From positions 1 through 18,060 of the forward strand of contig NW_021824554.1 in the NCBI RefSeq assembly GCF_006345805.1: a stretch of DNA of 18,060 nt, given 5' to 3'. The DNA is from Octopus sinensis (Eukaryota). Position numbers and translations under genes: made by a program. A model generated the notes under the pieces. It was not told the origin of the DNA, did no database searches, and was given only the letters and a program-made list of their open reading frames with translations. The first letter of the stretch is position 1, and every line of letters starts with the position of its first letter. Shown piece by piece: positions 10,258-18,060 of this stretch.

Positions 10258-10372
10258 TTTTTCAGTTTCCGTCCACTAGCGACTAACTGGTCGGCTGGAG
10301 GCTATTGTACATTACAGTTGTCGCAGGTGCCGAGAAGTGGAAGTGAACCAAGAACTGTGCGGCTGGAAACAA
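10258..10372 (-). mobile_element. Old degenerate SINE fragment
   Basis: GTGAACCAAGAACTGTG resembles the reverse complement of the 1543-1566 head; weak similarity. Confidence 0.4.
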
Positions 10373-10499
10373 ACATGTTTCAGTCTAATGAGATAATTAT
10401 TTAAAATTCAGTTTTAGGGTCAAGGACCCAGAAATTTTAATAACAATAACCGGTTGATAACAATGTCAAGGATTCTAAAATGTATCATATACTGCTGCT

Positions 10500-10571
10500 A
10501 ACTCTCTCTCTCACTATCTATCTGCCTGTCTGTCAGTCGGACTGTTTGTCTGTCCGCCCGACCGTCCGTCC

Positions 10572-10627
<56 letters not shown>

Positions 10628-10733
10628 GCCTGTTTATCTCTGTCTCTCTCTGTCTCTTTCTCTCTGTCTGTCTGTGTGTCTGTCTCTCTCTCTATATATA
10701 TCTATCTGTCTGTCATTCTCTCTCTCTTTCTCA

Positions 10734-10790
<57 letters not shown>

Positions 10791-10900
10791 GTGCGTCCTT
10801 CTTCTGTCTGTCTGCCTGTCAGTCTCTCTCTCTCTCTCTTTCTCTATCTCTCTCCTTCTCTCTTTGCGTCTACTTACGTACCTGCCTGTCTGTCTCAGAT
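10500..10900. repeat. Compound (TCTG)n/(TCTA)n/(TC)n microsatellite
   Basis: Direct inspection. Confidence 0.95.
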
Positions 10901-11239
10901 ACTTCGCAGTTGAACTGAACCACATAGTTGCGAAATAAACTAACCTTTCCCCGTCCCCGACACACACAGCACAGTAAAGTGTAATGAAATATCATCGAAT
11001 GAGTTGACAAACACGTTGTAATAAACAGAATAGGAAAAAAACATCTTATCGTGATACGATGTCACATTATATAATGATAAATGCAAATTCGCTAGATTCA
11101 CACGCATACAAGTTATCTCCCTTGATATTTTCAGGGGGAAATTACTCCAACGATTAATTAACGGGGATATCTAGAGTTGTCTCCCATGACAACTTGAACT
11201 TGCTGGACGACGAGAAACGATACGTCAACATATTTTTTT

Positions 11240-11350
11240 CCCTCTTTTATTTCTTTCAGTTATTGGACTGCGGCCATACTGGAGCACCGTCTTGAAGAGT
11301 CTTTAGTCGAACAAATCGAATTTTGTTTTATGCCTGATACTTGTTTCATA
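11240..11350 (-). mobile_element. SINE tail fragment
   Basis: TTTCAGTTATTGGACTGCGGCCATACTGGAGCACCG matches 2502-2540. Confidence 0.8.
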
Positions 11351-11426
11351 GAATGATTTTGAATCGGTTGTAAACAACTTCAATTTTTCGATCAGAATGT
11401 TGGTCATCTTTGAATGGAAAATCTCA

Positions 11427-11508
11427 CACAAGGGGCTAAACATAGAGGGAACAAGCAAGGACAGACAAAGGGAGTAAGTCGATTACAGCGAACCCAGCTC
11501 GCCGCCTT
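11427..11508 (-). mobile_element. Internally deleted SINE (head end joined to tail)
   Basis: CACAAGGGGCTAAACA...GGACAGACAAA matches 3522-3562, then jumps to CCAGCTCGCCGCCTT (cf. 7116-7130). Confidence 0.8.
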
Positions 11509-11557
11509 TTTTAAAACGATTCTGCCAAATCATGGCCGTGATTTTCTATGTAATTGA

Positions 11558-11760
11558 GTTTCAAATTTTGACACAAAATCAGCAGTTCTTTTTTGGTGGG
11601 GGAGGGTCAAAACGATTAAGACGACAACAGTGCTCAACTGATATTTATTTTATCGCTCTCGAATGAATGAAACGCAAAGTCGACTTTGGTGTAATTTGAA
11701 CTGAGACCTTGGAGACGGACGAAATGCTGCTAAGCATTTTGTCCGTCGCGATAGCAATTG
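11558..11760 (-). mobile_element. Degenerate tRNA-derived SINE
   Basis: TTTCAAATTTTGACACA tail, CAAAGTCGAC body, AATTTGAACTGAGA, GCTAAGCATTTTGTCC. Confidence 0.8.
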
Positions 11761-12454
11761 TACTCTTTGCACTGTAACAATCGATTTCAAATAAGGAAGC
11801 AATTTTTACAAGGGAGACAACTCTGAAGCGAATGGCGCATTTATAACAGCAGTCAAAGCAGGACTTCAGGGGAGGTAACTATGTAATATCAAAATCTATT
11901 TTCTGACGTTAAACTGGTCCCTACCGGTCGAAATGCCAGTGAAAGTAGGCATTGAGCTATTTTGGTTGTTGTTGTAGTTGTCGCTGGTCATCATCGAATG
12001 ACGCCACCCCGCTGGCTAAGCGAGCAGGCCAATATATGTATATAACAACACTATATCAACAACAACAACAAGGGTTAAGAAGCTTCATATCATTACCACA
12101 GTAATATAACCATCAATATGGAACAGCAAAATTTATGATACCAAAAAAACAAAGAAAAAACAAGAAAACAAACGAACAAAAAAACAAAAATGAACCGTGG
12201 AAATTTCGGTTAGTGAGTGCATTGGTGACGTTACAGTACTCCTTACGGCGAATACCTATCGGCGAATATACGGCCATTTTGAAAACATCGATTCCAATCA
12301 CACATGACTTGTCAAATTGCTCAGTTTCAAAGTGCGCAGTTGTACATGTATAGTTATGCATGGCAGGATTTGGGCATCTGGTGCAATTGCATTAATAAAA
12401 TTGGGAGAGTAATATCAAAATATTAGAGTTAAGGATACCAGAGTTAGAAAATAT

Positions 12455-13013
12455 GTATATACATATATGCGTATATACATACACACACACATACATACAT
12501 ACATACATACATACATACATACATACATACATACATACATACATACATACATACATACATACGTACCTACATACATATATACATACATACATACATACAC
12601 ACATACATATATGCATACATAAATACATACATACATAAATACATACACACATACATATATACACACACATACATACATATATGCATACATAAATATATAC
12701 ATACGTACATTCATTCATGCATGTATACATACATACATACATACACACATGCATGCATACACACATACACACATAAATACATATATACACGAACACATAC
12801 ATACATATATGCATACATAAATATATACATACATACATACGTACACACACATACATTCATATATGCATGCATAAATACATATATACATGTATACATACAT
12901 AAATATATACATACATACATACATACACACACATACATTCATATATGCATACATACATACATACATCCATACATACATACATACATACATCCATACATAC
13001 ATACATACATACA

Positions 13014-13046
<33 letters not shown>

Positions 13047-13053
13047 GCATGCA
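12455..13053. repeat. (TACA)n-based compound microsatellite with internal duplications
   Basis: Direct inspection; ATGCATACATAAAT recurs at ~12611, ~12681 and ~12808. Confidence 0.95.
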
Positions 13054-13055
13054 TA

Positions 13056-13199
13056 CAGCCATGGCCAAAAGTATTAGGTCACCCCAATGTTTTGTGTTTC
13101 TGCTATCTCAATGTTAATGAAACTCGTGCTCATGGTAGATTATGGTATATTTCACAATATCTGGTTGACCCTCCTTTAGCATCAGTTACCGCTTTTACA
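13056..13199 (+). mobile_element. Left end of a Tc1-like DNA transposon
   Basis: TA|CAGCCATGGCCAAAAGTATTAGGTCACC resembles Tc1-family TIRs (CAG..TGGCCAAAA). AATATCTGGTTGACCCTCCTTTAGCA resembles Tc1 subterminal sequence. No right TIR seen. Confidence 0.6.
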
Positions 13200-13218
13200 T
13201 GTTGTTGTTGTTGTTATT

Positions 13219-13287
13219 GCCTTTGCACAGCTTCTAACGCTAGAGATGTACTACAAAGTCAGCTGTTCACTACCAGTGAACTAAGGT
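13219..13287 (-). mobile_element. F2 LINE 3' UTR fragment
   Basis: The reverse complement matches 14148-14215 (GTTCACTGGTAGTGAACAGCT...GTTAGAAGCTGTGCAAAGGC); tail AATAAC(AAC)n. Confidence 0.9.
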
Positions 13288-13525
13288 TATGATGCTCCCA
13301 CACTACACCTATTCGTCATCAGAGATGCACATATCGTCAGCCACCAAGGTGCGTGCTCAACTACTTAAGGTCAAGCAAATGACAAGCAAATCTGCGGTAT
13401 TGAGCCGATTATTTGATGTAGCCTATCTTTTATACCAAGACAAAACAATGTACATGTTAACACTTCCAATCATTTAATAAGATCAGAAACCTTGAGAGGT
13501 CTTCGACTGGTATCGCATCAGTGCA
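13288..13525 (-). mobile_element. 5' half of the ~520-bp element
   Basis: Aligns with 8700-8895 (CAGAGATGCACATATCGTCAGCCAC; TATACCAAGACAAAACAATGTACATG). Confidence 0.88.
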
Positions 13526-13532
13526 TTTACAA

Positions 13533-13548
13533 TGATAATAATAATAAT

Positions 13549-13627
<79 letters not shown>
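13533..13627 (+). repeat. (TAA)n array
   Basis: Direct inspection. Confidence 0.97.
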
Positions 13628-13629
<2 letters not shown>

Positions 13630-14215
13630 GGAATATAAGAGACGCCACGACAACATAGCTAGGCTTGTCCATTGGACACTTTGCAACAAGTACGGACTTG
13701 ACAGAGCAAAAAAACAAATTGGTACGACCACAAACCTGAAGGCATCGTCGAAAATAGAAATGCAAAGATCGTATGGGATTTTATGATTCAGTGCGATCAC
13801 GAGATAGAGAATAGGAAGCCGGAAATAGTCTTAATTGAGAAAGAAAACAAACTGTGCTGGATCATAGATCATAGATATAGCATGCCCAGCTGACAAGGTA
13901 TGCGATAAGGAAGAAAAAAAAGTTGAGAGATATGACAGGTTAGCTTGGGAAGTTAAGCAGTTGTGATCGATGAAAACAGGTAGCAGTAGTACCAATAATT
14001 GTCGGAGCCCTGGGAAGAGTGAGCAAAAATTTCGGGAAGTACGTGGAACAAATAGTGGCTGTAATAAAGGTGGAGCACTTACAGAAAACAGCACTGCTTG
14101 GAACTGTTCGAATATTCCGGAAGGTGCTCAAAATATAAGGGGTGTTACCCTTGTTCACTGGTAGTGAACAGCTAACACTATAGTACATCTCCAGCGTTAG
14201 AAGCTGTGCAAAGGC
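13628..14215 (+). mobile_element. 3' fragment of an R4/Dong-type LINE, family F2
   Basis: KEYKRRHDNIARLVHW...IVWDF...RKPEIVL...CWIID..CP...IVGALG...LQKTALLGTVRIFRKVLKI* (stop 14136-14138), with frameshifts; (TAA)n on both sides. Confidence 0.93.
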
Positions 14216-14248
14216 AATAATAATAATAATAATAATAATAACAATAAT

Positions 14249-14296
<48 letters not shown>

Positions 14297-14308
14297 AATA
14301 ATAATAAT

Positions 14309-14508
14309 AAAGGCGGTGAGCTGGCAGAATGCTTAACGGTACTTCGCCCGTTGTTTCGTTCTGAGTTCAAATTCCGCCAGGGTCGATTTTGCCTTTCATC
14401 CTTTCGGGGTAGATAAATTAAGTACCAATCAAGTACGGAGGTGGGGGTTGATGTGATCGATTGTCCCCTCCCCACAAAAACCCAGGCATTGTGCCTATAG
14501 TAGAAAGG

Positions 14509-14510
<2 letters not shown>
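14309..14510 (+). mobile_element. tRNA-derived SINE with a small internal deletion
   Basis: AAGGCGGTGAGCTGGCAGAAT head, B-box GAGTTCAAATTCC, tail GTGCCTATAGTAGAAAGG then (ATT)n. Confidence 0.92.
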
Positions 14511-14549
<39 letters not shown>

Positions 14550-15079
14550 CTTTTTTTCTTCTTTCAAATTTGCTTCCATTTCTTGCCGAGTGTCTTCCTG
14601 ACTCCTAGGGCAAAGAAACTCATAGTATACATTGGTAGGCCATTAAACTAAACTCACTAGTTCGTTCATTTTTTTTTAAAGTTAAATTAAAATACATGGG
14701 TAGTAATAGTTCTCACATCGACAATGCTCTTCTCAATACATGTGATGTACCAGTTAAGACAATCTTTTGCACTTCTTGCCATGATGGTAAGCCAGGGATC
14801 ATTCTCATATAATTTTCGGTTCTCTTCTTGATCATTCCTAGTGCTCCTACGATCACTGGTATTGTAACCGCCTTGAGATGCCACATTTTGTAAATTTCAA
14901 TGAGCAGGTCTTTATATTTTCTGAGCTTGTCAAACTCTTTCGCTGAGATATTATGATCACAGGGGATGCTCATGTCTATCAATAAGCAAACTTCATTGTT
15001 TTGGTCTTTCACAACAATATCTGGTTTATTGGCTTTGATGGTTCGGTCTGTATGTACTGGAAAGTCCCACAGAATCGTT
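14550..15079 (-). mobile_element. 3' fragment of an R4/Dong-type LINE, family F3
   Basis: TILWDFPVHTDRTIKANKPDIVVKD...LLIDMSIP...KLRKYKDL...IVGALG...LRRALSM*, uninterrupted; 3' UTR then (TAA)n. Confidence 0.93.
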
Positions 15080-15497
15080 TAAAAACATCACGCTTTTCTT
15101 TTTGTGGACTTACAAAACCTTAAAACTTTCTATGAAAATCTGAATTTTCTTTGCTTCCTCCCTGAATATTCAAATATAAATGTAAACATATACTTTTTAT
15201 TGCAAAAACACACCTGTTCTTCTAACTGGACATACAAACATCTCTAGAAAAGTCAACTTCAACCTCCACAATATTACCTTACACGAAATATACAAACACC
15301 TTTTATTGCAATAACACAAACGCACATGGAAAAAAAAATGATGCTAAGATTCTCCCTGGTCGAACACAACTTCTCTATTTACAAACAATACAGAACAGCC
15401 CTTCCTTAATTTTTCTTAAGGCTAGTAGTAGTAGACATTTGAACTTTTTTTGACCGATAGGACCCCACCTAAAAATAAAAAAGGAAAAAGATATCAC

Positions 15498-15940
15498 TCA
15501 TGATGATGGTGCTGATGGTGATGGTGATGATGGTGATGATGGTGATGATGATGATAGTAATAGTGCTGATAATCTATCTATATATCTACACACACGTACA
15601 CACACACACACTCACAGAGTTCAGCCAACACAAACCTCACCTCGGCTCTTTAGATGTTAACCAAATATGAAAGTATTACTTGACAGGCAAGAATTCTGGC
15701 GTTGAAGACAGCCAGCCAGCCAACCACCCAGCCAGCCAACGAGACAGACAGACACTACTGTGATGGTGATAATGATAAAAACAAAAATAGCAATAATAAG
15801 ATACTGCTGTGACTACACATAAAAAAATATCATTGATGATGATGATGATGATGATAGTGATGGTGATGATGATAATGATGATAGTAATAGTGGTGATAAT
15901 GATAATAGTGATAATAATGGTGATGATAATAACAATAATA
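15498..15940. repeat. GAT/GGT/AAT-rich low-complexity tracts
   Basis: Direct inspection. Confidence 0.8.
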
Positions 15941-16129
15941 AGCCGACTACGGTTGCTATAATGGTACGATTATAATTGTAACGGCAATGATGGCCGTCTC
16001 CTCACGAGCCAATCAAAGCTCAAAAATGATAACATTATCGTAGCACCCAAATGTTTTTGGAAACTAAAAGGAAAAAAAAATAGTCAGTATACCAAATCGC
16101 TGTGTCCTATGGTTAATCTGAAGCGCGTC

Positions 16130-16327
16130 CCCCAGGGAAGAGCCAGCCTTGGGATCGAAAAGTCATCAACTGGCCACAAACTCTTCTCCGAATACGGACA
16201 TGGATGGTCACTTGAACGGGAAATTCCCCAACTCGAGTCCTCCAAGTTCACCACCACAACCACCACAGAAAGAAAAATGTAAGCGGAACAAATGGCCCCG
16301 AGAAGAGTATAAAGAAGTAATACACGC

Positions 16328-16334
<7 letters not shown>
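16130..16334 (+). mobile_element. Probable 5' ORF remnant of an R4/Dong-type LINE (start of a Myb-like domain)
   Basis: KRNKWPREEYKEVIHAYY (16281-16334) fits the R..W..EE...+..YY N-terminal motif of R4/Dong ORFs, after a Pro/Ser-rich leader. The left boundary is approximate. Confidence 0.6.
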
Positions 16335-16378
<44 letters not shown>

Positions 16379-16380
16379 GT

Positions 16381-16511
16381 CCGCCGAGGGTTGACTTTGC
16401 CTTTCATCCTTTCGAGGTCGATAAATTATGTACCAGTGAAGCACAGGGGTCGATATAATCAAATATTCCCCTCCCCATAAATTTCAGACCCCGTGCCTAT
16501 AGTATAAAGGA
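16381..16511 (+). mobile_element. 5'-truncated tRNA-derived SINE
   Basis: CCGCCGAGGGTTGACTTTGCCTTTCATCCTTTCG body and GTGCCTATAGTATAAAGG tail. Confidence 0.9.
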
Positions 16512-16585
16512 TTATTATAATAATAATAATAATTATTATTATTGTTGTTGTTGTTGTTTCTGTTGTTGTTGTTATTTCTTCTCAC

Positions 16586-16717
16586 GGTTCCATGAAAAAC
16601 ACTTCGAAGTTCACGCCTTGAATCCCACTTCCGCTGACCCTATTTCTTGTGGCCAATGGCAACGAAAACCATTTGTCAGTTGGAATTCTTTGGAAACGGT
16701 AAAGTGTATCACAAGAA
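16586..16717 (-). CDS. Candidate internal coding exon of an unidentified host gene
   Basis: Polypyrimidine tract plus TTAACAG acceptor (AG at 16719-16718); donor CC|GTGAGA (GT at 16585-16584); 132 nt, phase 2-2; only one frame open: SCDTLYRFQRIPTDKWFSLPLATRNRVSGSGIQGVNFEVFFME(P). Protein not recognised. Confidence 0.5.
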
Positions 16718-17394
16718 CTGTTAAGGAGACACAGAAAAAGGTAAGTAAAAAAAACAAAAAGTGGTCCGAAAAGTTCAGTAACCGAATTTTTTTTCTTTCT
16801 TTCTTTCCAGTCAATCATGGCGGCTAGCCCAAGGAATAAGATAAATCTAGATACACAAATTAAAAAAAACAGGAGACTTTAAGATGTCCTACGGCTAGTA
16901 TACTAATTAAATTGTGCAGACGAGATACCATAATGGCGGTACATTTCTCTCCTGTGATCAAGTGACGTATTGATGGAGAAAAGAGAAAAATAAAATAAAA
17001 ACATGTTTTGCAACTAAATTGAGCCTGGCACATATCGCACTCCATCACGGAAGGAGAATGGCGATGATCACCATCTTAATTCTTGAACTAAATAAATATT
17101 TAGTTGTTTTGTTTTTATATTTTCAGGTTTTTTTTTTGTTTTTTTTTTAAAAATATTTTATTTTTACCTTCGAGATATTCACTCGAACTGATCGTATCAA
17201 GTGTTTGATGATGAGAGAGAGAGAGAGATTGAGAGAGAGAGAGAGAGTGTGAGAGAGAGGGGGAGGCAGGGAGCGAGAGGGGGGAAGAGAAAACATTTTT
17301 GAGAAAGATAAAAACAACTCGATGGAGACAAACTAACAACAGTAACAAGTTATATCAAATATTAAGTGACAAATACTACAACCACAACAACAGC

Positions 17395-17517
17395 AATTAC
17401 TACTACTACTACTACTACTACAGCAACAACAACAATAATTACTACTACTATTTGCTACATCAACTACTACTACTACTACTACTACTACTTTACTACTACT
17501 ACTACTACTACTACTTT

Positions 17518-17549
<32 letters not shown>

Positions 17550-17595
17550 TTACTACTACTACTACTACTACTACTTTTACTACTACTACTACTTT

Positions 17596-17627
<32 letters not shown>

Positions 17628-17628
17628 T

Positions 17629-17678
<50 letters not shown>
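17395..17678. repeat. (TAC)n microsatellite with recurring TTT interruptions
   Basis: Direct inspection. Confidence 0.95.
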
Positions 17679-17679
<1 letters not shown>

Positions 17680-18060
17680 AATACTACCACCATGACTACA
17701 ATTTCTTCTAGTTTACTGCAATCACCATGAGCACCATTACCATTACTATTAGTGACCACCAAACCTTCACCACCACCACCACCGCCACCACCACCACCAC
17801 CACCACCACTACTACTACTACAAGAAAACATGAAACGAAAATAATTAAAGAATAATAAATATATTGAAGCAAAGAACTGCGTCTGAAACTCAATATGTAA
17901 ACATAGCAAATATAACAATCAATCGAAATGTAGGGGTAGCAGCAGCAGCAGGAGTTGCGACAACAGCAACAACAACAAAACACAACAGCTCAACCATAAT
18001 CTCTAACATCATCATATCAAACACTTTCGAACACGCTCAACAGCATACAAATACACACAG

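Noticed and set aside
12113-12361. 72-82-aa ORFs and a CGGCGAATA duplication
   Set aside because: No splice signals or homology recognised.
12392-13292. Many MYVC/YIHT ORFs
   Set aside because: Translations of (TACA)n.
13317-13345. Minus-strand CTGACGA/CTGATGA (also ~8747) in the non-coding element
   Set aside because: No downstream GAAA or stems; the second motif is CTGATCA in the other copy.
15193-15320. Two CTTTTATTGCAA copies (AATAAA on the minus strand) as poly(A) sites
   Set aside because: AATAAA is common in such AT-rich DNA; no terminal exon identified.
17299-17983. Poly-T/Y ORFs resembling mucin
   Set aside because: TAC/CAC microsatellites.

Overview
AT-rich, repeat-saturated eukaryotic DNA. 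The SINE families and microsatellite style suggest a cephalopod, probably octopus (inference). There is no intact gene, and almost all ORF-track entries are microsatellite artefacts. Contents: (i) a cluster of type I hammerhead-ribozyme motifs in the first 2.4 kb, including a back-to-back pair inside a 212-bp palindrome, plus a decayed Penelope-like GIY-YIG endonuclease at 6499-6990 (-); (ii) seven fragments of R4/Dong-type LINEs (restriction-like endonuclease, RLE) from at least four families, with all six 3' ends abutting (TAA)n-type runs and sharing a covarying 3'-UTR stem-loop; (iii) a ~520-bp non-coding element that looks like their non-autonomous partner, with one copy fused to a LINE 3' end; (iv) many tRNA-derived SINEs, a Tc1-like end and compound microsatellites; (v) one candidate 132-nt host coding exon at 16586-16717 (-). 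All calls were made by eye; no database search or folding software was run.
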